Shown here: positions 50,090-62,630 of the stretch, piece after piece | Layout: every line of letters starts with the position of its first letter | How positions within the stretch are numbered: position 1 is the stretch's first letter | NCBI RefSeq assembly: GCF_020745735.1 | Contig: NC_083435.1 | Span: forward strand, 19,343,231 to 19,407,230 | Length of the DNA stretch: 64,000 nucleotides | Direction of reading: 5' to 3' | From: Hemiscyllium ocellatum | Taxonomy: Eukaryota | The notes under the pieces: generated by a model | What the model was told of the DNA's origin: nothing | What the model saw: only the letters and a program-made list of their open reading frames with translations | The model's database searches: none | Program-made: the position numbers and the translations under genes

Positions 50090-51720
50090 GCTAGGGTGTT
50101 AAACAGTTACTTCACATCTGTTTTCAGTTTGGGGGAAAATGCAGAAGATAGACAATGAAATTCTTGAACAGCTTAGTATAGGGAGCGAAGTATTCGGGTT
50201 TTTGGTTGGCTTAAAAATGGACAATTTTTTTTCTATCCCAAGCAGCTGTAGAAGATGAGGAGGGAAATTACAGGGGTTCTGCACCAAATTCTTAAGCATT
50301 CTGGCAATGGGGAGCTGCCAATTGATTGGAAGACAGATAAAGTTGTTCCACTCTTCAAAGAAGGTGGTAGAGATAAATCAGGGAATTACAGAGCAGTGAG
50401 CCTTACATTAATTGCAGAGAAGTCTGAATTAATCTCCATTTTGTAAGGCAAGGTTTGATCAGCACTGCTTTGTTAGAGGGAGGTCATGCCAAACAAGTCT
50501 AACTGAATTTTGAGAGGAGGTGACCAGATGTGTAGATGAGGGTAGTGCAATTCATGTGGTTTACATGGATTTCAGCAAAAGTTTTGACAAAGTTCAACAT
50601 GGTAGTGTTATGAAGGTGTAGATGAGTACTGTACCTTTAAGAAAGAGTGGAAGCTGGCACGGACCGAGGCACAGTATGCTGAAAAATTTTAAAATGTAAC
50701 ATTTGGTTGAAACAAATAGCTGGAGCTGCACTGCCATGATACAAAACAAATTCAAATTTGGCCAGTTTAAATTATGCCCCAGATACAAAATCCAATCAAA
50801 TTTTAATTTTACTGTTTTGGATGACATCAAACCAATGAAATGATCCGATGTTTTGGGGTATAATATCAGACATTTTTCACAGTTAGGGGGAAGAACAGCA
50901 AAGAGCTGCCAAGCACCAACGTAACAGCCAGCAGAACAGCTCTTTGAAAGGTACCTGTCCATAAGAAATTTGTGCAGCAGAACACCAAAGCTGACCTAGA
51001 GAAATCCACAGAGAAAGTTTGATTAAGAGAAAGGAGTATAAATGGTTGTTGTTTAAGGTTCTCTTTTGGATTTAAAAAAAAAATTAAAATTGCTGAATTT
51101 TTTTCTAAGTTAGTGGTTTTTGGGATAGTTCTTTGCCACTCGAAATTTAACTGAATATGGCGCGGGGTGAGCTTTTCTGTGTGGTCAGTTTAAATTATAG
51201 CAGAAGGGTTTACCCAGTGTCCTAACAATAGACTTATAAAGAAGGTAAACACACATGGGATCCAGATAACTTTGAAAGTAACTGGATCCAAAAGTAATTG
51301 GAGAGAGGGTGATGGTAAGAAAGCTGTTTGTGATTGGTGATCAGTGTCTACTGGTGTACTACAGGGATCAATGTAGGGTCCCTTTATTATTGAGGATATG
51401 GAAGTAAATGTGGAGGGAATGATAAGTCTGCTTATTTATGACATGAAGATCAACTGGGTGATTCATACTGAGGAAGGAGGCTGGGTTATAGGAGGATAAA
51501 GATGTCTTGGTCAGATGAGAGGGCAGATGGAACTTAACCCTGACAAATGTGAAGTCACAAGACAAGAGAATACTCAAAGAATGGCAGGACTCGAAGAAGT
51601 TCATTGAATGAGAAGTTTCTTTGGGTGCTTGTTCACAGATCCCTGAAGGCAGCAGGACAGGTTTAAAGGATAATTAAGAAGGCATACTTGACACTTGCAT
51701 TTATCAATCAAAGCTCAGAA
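50090..51720 (+). mobile_element. CR1 LINE fragments
   Basis: Motif DWKTDKVVPLFKEGGRDKSGNYRAVSLT and downstream RT remnants. Confidence 0.7.
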
Positions 51721-52953
51721 TATAATTGCAGGGAGAAAGAAAAATCTCAACACCAGCCACTACTTTATAAATATATGTACTTTTACAATGTCTTAGATAC
51801 ATTTACAATGTATCTTATTTCAAATGTTATTACATCTGAAATGTTCAATGAGACAGATTGTGTTCTGAAGCTCGAAGGAGCCAGAGGGCTCAAGAACCAT
51901 GGTGTAGGCCTTCTGTTTGAAAACTGCTGTCAACAAATGCTTTGTAATTGGTTAGTTTTTTTTAAATGATGTGATTATTATTGTTTTGTTTTAATGGTAT
52001 TTAACCATTAAACTGATTGGGATTGTAAAAGTGTTCAGAAGTAGAACTTACCCAAAAAAAAAGTTTTTCTGTATGTACCAGTGTTGATATTCAGATTTGT
52101 GTGTGTCATCTGGACCCTGTACTTTGATGTTTACATCAAAAATTTTGAATTCATTCAAGGGACGTGGGCACCACTGGCTAGGACATCATTTACTGTCCAT
52201 CCTGAACCAGCCAGAAGAGACAATCACATGGAGGCCAGCCCAGGTGAGGAAAGCAGAATTCTTTCTGTAAAGAGGATTAGTGAAACAAATTGATTTATTT
52301 TAAACCACCAATCAAAAGTGGTTGTTATGATATTGAATACAAATTTCACAATCTGCCTAAAGGGATTTACACCTCTGACCCCAGAACAATAGCCAGGAGG
52401 TCTGGCTTACAAGTCCAGTGACATTACCACCATGTACTCATTGAATTGAAATAGCTGAACAGATGGCAAACTTCCTTGGTTGAGTGTTCAAACATTTGAT
52501 TCGTCTACTTAAGACTATAATATATTCAGTTCTAGAGGTTTCATTGATAAGCTTTCGCAAAACATTATGTATGTTTGGGTGAGAACTAAAATCACGAAAA
52601 CATTCAATCCAGGAGAAGCTGTGGAAATGGTCATTGAGCTTTGTTTGATTGTCAATTCTAATTGGATTATATTTTTGTGAAGTAGAAATGGAGTAAGTTT
52701 TTAAAAAAACATATTTATGACTACTTAAAAGGTCACAGTTTTAAATGGAATTTGAATGGCTCGGGTGAGTGCCTGACTGGTTTATGAGCTCCAAGATATA
52801 TTACAAGTGGAAGCTGAATGGATGTTTATTTTTCTAAAGTGACACAAGCATTTCAAAGACTTTTCAGTTTTATTACCAGTTCTTGCCAGGGCTTTAGATT
52901 AGTCTCTGTGGAGAAATATAAAGGGGTATGCAATGGACATGCCAAATATGTAG

Positions 52954-53158
52954 CTGAAAATGTGTTGCTGGAAAAGCACAGCAGGTCAGACAGCATCCAA
53001 GGAGCAGGAGAATCAATGTTTCGGGCATGAGCCCTTCTTCAGGAGCTCATGTCCGAAATGTTGATTCTCCTGCTACTTGGATGCTGCCTGACCTGCTGCA
53101 CTTTTCCAGCAACACATTTTTGGCTCTGATCTCCAGCATCTGCAGTCCTCACTTTCTC
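52954..53158. mobile_element. Palindromic Penelope-terminal-repeat insertion with 16-bp target-site duplication
   Basis: Arms 52957-53032 and 53045-53120 are near-perfect reverse complements. CATGCCAAATATGTAG is repeated at 52938-52953 and 53159-53174. Confidence 0.88.
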
Positions 53159-53977
53159 CATGCCAAATATGTAGACTGAGGAGAACAGCGGAGGCATGTA
53201 GGGTATGAAAAGGGAAGGGTACACGGGGTTTGGGCTAGAAGCCTAACAATCAGGTACAGAACAGTTCCAGTGTTCCAATGGAAGGAACCATGTTTTCTAA
53301 TCATCCTCTCCTTTGTACCCATCTTAGACTGTTTGATGAGTCAGAAACACTTACTCAAGCCTGCCGATAAACTGTGCAGTAAAAATAACGAGTATGCATG
53401 TCGAACCAGGAATGGGATTTCAGAAATTACCCAATTCACATTTCCTACTTCAAAAGGCAAAACCAGACTCACTGACTTTCTACCTTTTAGGAGTCCTTCT
53501 CTGAGCATTGGGCCAGACTCAGTTTTTAAGAGACCTCCATTATTCGTTAATTCAAAGTTCATTCAGCACAAATGACATACTCAAACAATTCTATTGTACA
53601 CAGCCAGATCCCACAAACAGTAAAAGATTACTGACCAGATAATCTGCGAACGACATTGACCGAGGATAAAATATTTGATAAAAGAACCCGAAGAACTCCC
53701 CTGCTTCTTTCCCAAATATCACCATGAATCTTTTACAACCACAAGGGCAAAAAAAAAAGGACTTTGATTTAGCGACTCATCCGAAAGACTGTGCCTCTAA
53801 TAGTCTAGCACTGCCTCAGTATTGCACAGCTACTTATATTAGACTTTACACTCAAGTCTCAGGAGTGGGCTTGAACCTACAAGCTTCTGACACTGAGCCA
53901 TATGCTGCAATATCCACTGTGTAATAAATTCATTTACAGCACTGTGTCTGCACGCAAGAGACTGGTTGATCACATAC

Positions 53978-54093
53978 CTGGTACTAATGCTTTAAGTTTA
54001 TCCCAGATTTCAACGTAGTGGAAAGGTGTGATGATAGAGTTGGTACACAGCTCAGTTGGTTCATCTACTGGTTTGACATGCTCCTGTCTACAC
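53978..54093 (-). CDS. TRIM/B30.2 gene: 116-nt linker exon
   Basis: Acceptor CTCTTTTCCAG|, donor CAG|GTATGT, phase 2 to 1. Reads CRQEHVKPVDEPTELCTNSIITPFHYVEIWDKLKALVP. Confidence 0.88.
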
Positions 54094-56439
54094 CTGGAAA
54101 AGAGTAACTTCACAAGAATGTTACAACAACCTAATGCTTTACAAAAACAAAATCTTCTAAATTTCTCCAGTAAAAGCAAATATTGTGGACTCTAGAAATA
54201 TGATACAAACACAAAATGCTGGCAGCATCCGTGGAGAGAAATAGAGTGAATGCTTCGAATCAGGTATGACACTTTAGAGGGAGTGAGCTTTTCCAGAATT
54301 CTGTGTTTGTATCCCTCAAATTTCTCATCTCAAGTTGGAAGAGACAGGTAGCCCTTGAGCACAGTGTCATACAAGCTTGTGACAATGTTGTCAAGGCAAA
54401 CCAGACCAAGTCTGAAATTAGTCACAGAACATTTCAAAGATGTTTTACAGCTAAAACGTACTCCTTGTTTTGAAGTACCTTTACAGTTTTGATGCAATAT
54501 GCATACCTCTTTAAAGGGTGATGGTTAAACTTTTGCTAATATTGCCACGTGCTCAGGATATGAAGAAATCATCCCATGATTTTGAGCAGTTCGTGAGGAG
54601 TAAGATCCAATGCTAGTTACCACCATGGTACCCACAGTTCAAGGAAGAAAGCAACACAATATAAGAACAACTAATATCCTGAGCAGCTGACTTTGTTTCA
54701 ATATACTCAAATAAGTTAAGTGATTAGAGATTTCAAGGGTGATGCAATATTGTATCTCGGTGAAGATGCTAATCCATCTATTGGTCCACTACATAAGTGT
54801 CCATTCACATCCCACACAAGATGAATGCCAAATTGAACAAGATAGAAAGAGATGATTTGGTTAAAAGATCCAGTACCACAGACTAATGTAATACCAACAT
54901 GATTGTCAATAACAGCAGCTGGTTATTTTTGAATTTGTTCAGAACTAAGACATATAAATCTGGCTGTGGCACAATGCTCTCAGAAAATTCTATACTTTAG
55001 AATCTCAATCCCAAATTTATGATTGCCAAATTCTTCTTCAAACCCATACTTTGGGCATTGGTTGGGACAGAGAGATCCTTCTTAGGAACTAACAACACTC
55101 CATACTCCCTTCGTGAGATATTGCTCATAAAGGTTACTGATTGAACTTTCCATAAAACAGGATATTTTTCAACAATTTATAGACTTGATGGTTGCAAGAT
55201 ACCAGGATGCTTTTGCAAAGAAGACAGCATCGCCATCACAGGCACAAAGTGGAGCATGACAGAAATTTGTACCTCCTGATAGAAGCTGCATGCAGAGAAA
55301 ATTTGATGTTTAGTAGTTTGAAACGGAATACCAATACTCCACAAATTAACTTTTTGGATCCAACAATTCTGATACAAACATTTTTCCTGATCCCGGTAAG
55401 CTAAAGATGTCAACGCAATGGCCATTCTACAAGATAAAATGATCTGCAACTCTGCCTCAGTATTTCTAATACCCTTACTTTCAATAGTGCCCGGAAAGCC
55501 TCTCAGTTATTTATGAACTTCTAATCTAAATTTTTTTGTTGGCAGGAGGATCTAGTTTTTTAAAATGACTTTGAAATGTCTTTAACTGAAGCAACTGATA
55601 CATCTTGAAATAGACTTAGAGCATGACTTCTCCAGAAGAGAAAACCTATTGATTTTCCCTCCAGGTGTTTGTCAGCTGCCCAAGCCAATCAAATAGAGAA
55701 TTGAAATCCTTGGCAATAGTATTTGGCATCCAGCCAGTATGTAGCTGGAAAGAATTTCTGTAATGGAAACAAACCATGTGACACAAATGATCTGACAAAA
55801 ACCCTAATTTGTGCAACACCAAGATTATAGTGCCCGCTTCTCAAAACACAAGAGTATTATTGTAATGTGCCTTTATGCCAGGGATTTCCATGCTCACTTA
55901 TGATACTTAAAGCCATCTACCTAACACATCAAAAACTGCAGAGCTCGCCCCACTCTGCAAGGAAATCTCATGAACATGAATTTTGGGTGTCATAAATTCC
56001 AAGCATTGTAGCAGGATACATACAATGATTATGTACTCTAAAAGGTTAGGATCTATCCTCTAAAAGGCATGTGCAAATCATATCACACCAGTCACTACTG
56101 TATCTTGAAAAAGCACAATTAATTTTGTACAACGAGGCTACGATAATGATCAGATAATCTTAGATGTTGGTTAAGGGAGGTGTGTTGGAAAAGTCTTCTG
56201 TTCTTCAAAATGTTGCCATGCAATCTTTGACATACACTTGAAGGGGCAAACCGGTGCCTCAATATTGCATTTTGCAATAGATAGCATCTCTTCACAGTCA
56301 AGCCTTCCTAAGGAAGTGCACTGTAGTCTGGATTTTGTGCTCAGTCATTGGAGTCTGATTCAAATCTATTAACTTGTGGTAGAAAACCTGAATACCAATT
56401 AAACTATGACTGACACCAAGTGTGCTTTGCAGCCAAGGG

Positions 56440-56780
56440 GACTCTGGCTAGCGCTGTGACCTCAGACTGCCAATGACCCAGGGGTGATTCTAGCCCCAGG
56501 CGACTGTGTGGAGTTTGCACGTCCTCTGTGCTTGTGTGAGTTTTGATCGGGTGATTCAGTTTCCTCCCACAGATGTGCACGTTGGTGGATTAGCCATGCT
56601 AAATTGCCCCATAATGTCCAGAGCTACGTCAGTTAGGTGGATTAGCCGTGGTAAAATGTGGATTATGGTGATAAGGTAAGGATTTGGATCTGGGTGGGAT
56701 ATTCTTTGAAAGGTCAGCTGTAGACTCGATGGGTTGAATGGCCTCTTTCCACACTGTAGAATTTCTATGATTCTATTCTA
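56440..56780 (+). mobile_element. HE1-type SINE, diverged
   Basis: Body ggcgactgtgtggagtttgcacg...tttcctcccacagatgtgc...ttccacactgtag. Confidence 0.75.
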
Positions 56781-56985
56781 TGGTATCCTTCTCCAAACTT
56801 CATTGGCCATGACAGTAAACTACAGCACTGTGAACATAATTTCAGTCAAGCCCAACTAACTCAGAAGACATTTAGTATTAAACATGGGAGTGTGATATCT
56901 GTGTGGGTTAGGCTGTGTACATATCCAGTCAGACCAGCAGTGGGAACTCGGGAGCATATATTTAGAAAGAACTTCAGACACGTAC

Positions 56986-57008
56986 CTGTCCAGCAGCAGT
57001 TTGATATC
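56986..57008 (-). CDS. TRIM/B30.2 gene: 23-nt exon
   Basis: Long pyrimidine tract ending TTTTCTTTAG|, donor AG|GTACGT. Reads DIKLLLDR, phase 0 to 2, the characteristic 23-nt TRIM exon. Confidence 0.88.
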
Positions 57009-57214
57009 CTAAAGAAAAGTGAAAAACCAAAATAAAATAGAAGGTTATAACTTTCACATTTGACAGTTACGAGAAAGAATTGTCTGTATAATAAAATTAT
57101 CCGCAAAGAACATGCAGTGAAAGTTCATTAATCAGACTTGTGTAGCACAACATGAGGTTTTTGATGTAACATACTAGCTGTTTGGAAGAATCCGTCGATA
57201 GAGTCATAGTGATA

Positions 57215-59720
57215 TCCAGCATGGAAACAGACCCTTTAGTTTAACTTGTCCGTGCTGACCAGGTTTCCCAAACTGAATTAATCTGTTTGCCAGCCTTGGC
57301 CCATGTCCCTCTAAAATTTTACTATTCACATACCTGTCCAAAAGTCCTTTAAATATTGTAAATGTACCCACCTCTGCAATTTCTTGGTCAGCTTGTTACA
57401 CATACACACACCACCCTCTGTGTGAAAATGTGGCTTTTCAGGTCCCTTTTAAATCTTTCCCCTCTCACCTTAAACCTCCCTCCTTTAGTTTTGGTCTCCC
57501 CTATCGTGGGGAAAAGACCATGGCTATTCACTCTACCTATACCCCTCATAATTTTATAAACATCCATAAGATCACCTCTCAGCCTCCTACACTCGAGGAA
57601 AAAGTAAGTCCTGGCCTATTCAGTCTCTGTAACATCCTCGTAAATCATTTTTGCACCCAGAATGAGTAGGAGCATTTCCTGGTCAGCCGGAACATAGTGG
57701 TCGCTGTGCTGCATTATCCTCCTGACGTTAAAAGGCTCCACATATATTAGCAATCCCATTCCTCATTCTGAGGGATTACCAGATGATACACTCAAAATAC
57801 CAAACAGAAATTCACTGATTTCTTTTTAATTGGTACACCACCGCAGCACTGATGAGAACAGCATATCTGAACGTATGGAGAATCACAAATAGACCTAAAG
57901 AGTTTAGACCTAACACAAAGATTAATACAGATATGTTAGCACCTTCCCCATGCTCTGATCCCTTTGGTACTCCACTAGTCACTGCCTGTCACGCAGGGGA
58001 TAAAAGAACCCATTTGTTCCTCCTCCTTGCTTCTTGTCTGCCAAGCAGCTGTCTTTCTATATCAGTACACTATCCCCAAGCCCATGCACTTTAACATTAC
58101 ATCCTAATCTCTAATGTGCGATCTTATTAAAAGCCTTCTGATAGTCCAAGTAAAGCAAGTTAATTTGCTCCCCTTATCGATTCTACTAGTTACATTTTTT
58201 GAAAGCTTCTAGTAGGTTTGTCAAACATTATTTCCTTTTCATGAACTCATGTTGCCTCTCTGATCCTGCCACTGTTTTCCAAAGGCTCTGCTATTTTATA
58301 ATGGACCCTAGCATTTCCCCACTGCTGGCAGGTGAACCAGTCTATAATTCTATTTTCTTTCTACCTTTTGTTTTAAAAAATAGGTTGGTTACATTGGTGC
58401 TAAAAACCACGATGATTCAGGTATTTAATATCATTCCAGGACATAATAGCTTACAGTTTAGCACTCTGAAATAAATAGCTGCATATCTAATAGAGGGGGC
58501 TAGTCATGACTTACCAAAATTCCCCAGTTTGAGGAAGAGTGACAGATTAGACTTAGCAAATATTATACCACGATTTGAGAGAGAAGGGAGAGGGGCAATA
58601 GGGAACCACAGACCTTTAACAGGTCTGCTACCTGTTAAAAGTCTTAACAATGCACTTAGTAAACCATAATATGATTAAGATAAACTAACAATGGTTTACA
58701 AAAGGGAAATCCTATGTGACATTTATGAGGATACTTTGAGGATGTGACTGGGAGGGTAGGTCAAAGGGATCCAGTAATTTTAGTGTACTTGGATTTCCCA
58801 AAGGCAATCAAGAAGATGTTACACTAGACAAGGTTCATGGACTTTGGCGATGTACTGGTATAGAGGATTGGTTTATGGACAAGAAGCAGAAAATAGGGAT
58901 AAATGGGCATTTTCAAGTGACTGCACTTGATAGGCTTAACTTGCTGCCAGGATCAGTGCTGGAACCTTAGCTACAGACTCTTTTACAGTCTGTACTAATG
59001 AGACAGAATAATGTATCTAAATTTGCTGACAAGACAAAGTTAAGTGGAAATGCAACACAATATAAAGTGGATGCAAAGAACAGTTAAGTGAATGGACAAG
59101 GCAACACTGAAGTTAATGGAAGTATGATGTTATTCACTTTGGTCATAAGAATGGAAAATCAGAATATTTTTAAACAATGTGAAACTTGTGAATATTGGTG
59201 TTCAAAGACATAGGTGAACTCTTACAGAGAAAGTAAGTTAACATGCAGGAACAACAAACAAAGTAGTTGGCCTGTGGCCACTATTGCACAGTGATTTGAG
59301 TCTTGCTGCAATTGAAGAGGACTTTGGTGAAATCACACCAAATACAATGCAGTTTTGATCCAAATATTTAGTAAAGGATATAGCTACACTAGAGGCAGTA
59401 CAATAGAAGTTCACTAGAATGGCATCTAGGATAAAAGTATTGTCATCTGATTACAAGCTGTGTATTGGATCTATATTCTTTGGTGTTCATAAAGATTATG
59501 GAACATTTGGGGGTGAGGGTGGCAGGGTAAACACAATGCTTGTTTTGCTGTTTCTGGGAAGTATAATGATGAGAAGAAATCTCTTCACTCAAAAGGTTAT
59601 CAATCTTTGGAATTCCCCATACTGTAAGGCATTGATAAGCTATAATTGAAGATACTTAAGGCTGAGATAAGACTTATTCATTTGATCTCTCAGAGAATCA
59701 TCCAATATGGGCAGCGGACT
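57215..59720. mobile_element. Old CR1 LINE fragments
   Basis: CR1 3' UTR on - (57215-57660) and degenerate RT sequence on both strands to ~59720. Confidence 0.6.
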
Positions 59721-60308
59721 GAAGTCCAAGATTAGCCATTGAACATGGAACCGTCTCAAAGGACTATATGTTCTCTAACTGTTCCAATCTCAAGTTCTCC
59801 AGTCACCCTTGGCTAAGCCGGAAACCCATGAGCTTCCAAATCAAGGTGGCATTTGTTCAAATCTGACGCATGACCAACCAACCTCTGACAATTCCATAAA
59901 TCCCAACAACAACAAAAAAAGAGGGTCCTTCACTGCTACAGGTGAGATAGAAACCCAAGGTCTTATCTTCCTCATGAGGCGAATTTAAAATATCCCATCG
60001 CCTTTGTTGCCCTGGCTATTATTTATCCTTCAATCTCACTTGAATACCACCACAGTGCTGGTTATAGGAGCTTGTCGTGTGCAAAATAGTTGCATCTTGT
60101 CTGCAATTACAACAGTGACTGCACTCCAAAATACAAATGATATGGATGTTGTGTCAGGAATGCTGCTATGTAAATGCAAAATTGTTCAGTTTTTCATTGA
60201 TTAACATTTTCCTCAAAGCGTATGAAGTACTGAGCAAAGAACACAGGTGAAAGGAGCAAATGGGGAAGGATACATTCGTTCCATCTTTCCCACAGATTGC
60301 CTTCTCAC

Positions 60309-60542
60309 CTGGAGAAGCTCTAGAGGTTCCTTGAAACTTAGTTGCAACTGGACATCCCGAATGATTTGCTCAATTGAGGACATTTCCCGGTGGATCTTCT
60401 GCACGTTTTCTTGCAAGGGTTCAATGATTTGGCACACCTGCTGTTCAATCTTTGATTGCAGTTCTTGTTTCTTTTCATCCAAAAATTGATAGATGGCGAA
60501 CAGATCGGCCTCAACCTGCTCCTTCAGCAGTTTGCCTTGCTC
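60309..60542 (-). CDS. TRIM/B30.2 gene: coiled-coil exon
   Basis: Acceptor TTTTCACCCAG|, donor CAG|GTGAGA, 234 nt, phase 0-0. Reads EQGKLLKEQVEADLFAIYQFLDEKKQELQSKIEQQ...FKEPLELLQ. Size is typical of this TRIM exon (~231 nt). Confidence 0.9.
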
Positions 60543-61979
60543 CTGGGTGAAAATTATCCAGTAAAGTCTATCAATATAAATTATTATTTTCTGAATAGTT
60601 GGAGTTACGGCTGCACGTCTAATTTGGTTGGCTAAGGCTTGCAGCTAACTAATAAAAACAAGCATTGGACAAAAAGATTAAGCATACATTCTGAGGAGAC
60701 CTAACATCAGAGGTAAAGGCAGTCCCTGGTCAGTGCTCTGTGGAGATGAGACATTAACAGTCTTGTGACTGGCACTTTTACCAAGAAAGCTGATCTGCTG
60801 ATTTCATCAATCATACCTTCATTTTTACCTCTGATGGCACTGTTTCAAAACAAAACCATGACTCCCCCTTTCACCCTAGGCATTCCTCCTGTTCAGCTCT
60901 CATCTTTGTTCACTGTTCCAGGTTCATCCAACAATGCAAAGAAAATCCCTAGCCTCTGCTCTTCATTGTAGACTGTGTCTCATCCTTGTCCTCTCCATCC
61001 TCACCTCCAATAGCAAGGGATAGAAGCTCCCAGATTAATGTCAATAAGACTGAGACCATGTGAACAGCTGAATCTGCCACTCCTCCCATTTCCAGGTACA
61101 CACTAGGCCAACTGTCCTCGGAGGCTCCTCTCATTTTTTAAGCTTTGATCCTTCTTCAGTTTGACTCCCATCTCTACTCATTAGAACTTTATCCTGGCTC
61201 CAACATTAATTAGTATTGTTTACAGTTCTCTCTCCTCAGGTACTGTCTATCATTCCCTCAAATCTGCTGTCAGCACCCTCTCCTTAAATAAAGCAACAAC
61301 CCTTTCCCAGTTCATGAGTAAACTATCACTCCATTTGCAACTGCCATTTCATTTCAGATCTCCTTGAATATGTTGTTATTTCTAGAACTCCATCAAATCA
61401 GCTTTCCTTTTCAGCCAAGTCTAACAAAAACAAACTATCCTTCATGTCTACAGCCTCTGATACTGTTGACCACACCGTCCTTTTCAACTCGGACAGCTGG
61501 GGAGGACTATATTTGACTGGTTCCATGCTCATCTATCTGATCATAGCTAGAATACAACTTGCAATGGCTTCTCTTTCTGTTTCTGTACGGTTATCTCTGG
61601 TGTCCTGATGAGGATTTATCCTTGATTGAAAACAAAAAGTGTTGGAGATTACAGCGGGTCAGGAAGCATCCATGGAGAGAAAATAAGCTACATTTTGAGT
61701 CTCGAGCTTCATCAGAGCTATCCTTGTTCTCCGCTTAATCCTCATGTGACACCTTGGGTAAATTCATACAGAAACATAGTCCCAGATTTCACCCGCATTC
61801 AGATAACACTTGGCTCTACCTCATTATCACTTCTCTTGATTTTTCCACTATCTGTAAATTATCAGTCTGGATAAACAGAAATATCCATGTATTAAATATT
61901 GAGAGGACCAAAGCACATCAAGTTTGCATCAGTGCTTACTGTGAAAAAGGACATGAAAGATATATAATGCAGGGAAATA

Positions 61980-62630
61980 GATGGTGACATCTTGAAAAAT
62001 GTCCATATTATAAAGAGGAAGAAGTGCTGGATGTCTTGAAAAGTGGATAAATCCCCAGGACATGATCAAGTGTACCCTAGAACTCTGGGGGAAGCTAGGG
62101 AAGTGATTGCTGGGCTTCTTATTGAGATATTTAGATCATCGACAGTCACAGATGAAGTGCCAGAGGACTGGAGGTTGGCTAACGTACCGCTGTTTAAGAA
62201 AGATGGTAAGGACAAGCCAGGGAACTATAGACCAGTGAGCTTGACATCGGTAACAGGCAAGTTGTTGGAGGGAATCCTAAGGGACAGGATACAAATGTAT
62301 TTGGAAGGGCAAGGACTGATTAGGGGATGATGTAGTCCACAACTTGAGGGCATAGGTTTGGGTGAGAGGGGAAAGATAAACAAGAGATCTAAGGGGCAAC
62401 TTTTTCACACAGAGAGTGGTATGTGTATGGAATGAGCTGCCAGAGGAAGTGGTGAAGGCTAGTATAATTGCAACATTTAAAAGGCATCTGGATGGGAATA
62501 TGAATAGGAAGGGTTTGGAGGATGTGGTCCAGGTGCTGACAGGTGGGACTAGATTGAATTGGGATATCTGGTTGGCATGGCCAAATTGGACCGAAGGGTC
62601 TCTTTCCGTCCTGTACATCTCTATGACTAG
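61980..62630 (+). mobile_element. CR1 LINE fragment with internal deletion
   Basis: DKSPGHDQVYPRTL...EDWRLANV.PLFKK...NYRPVSLTS joined directly to 3' UTR sequence. Confidence 0.85.
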
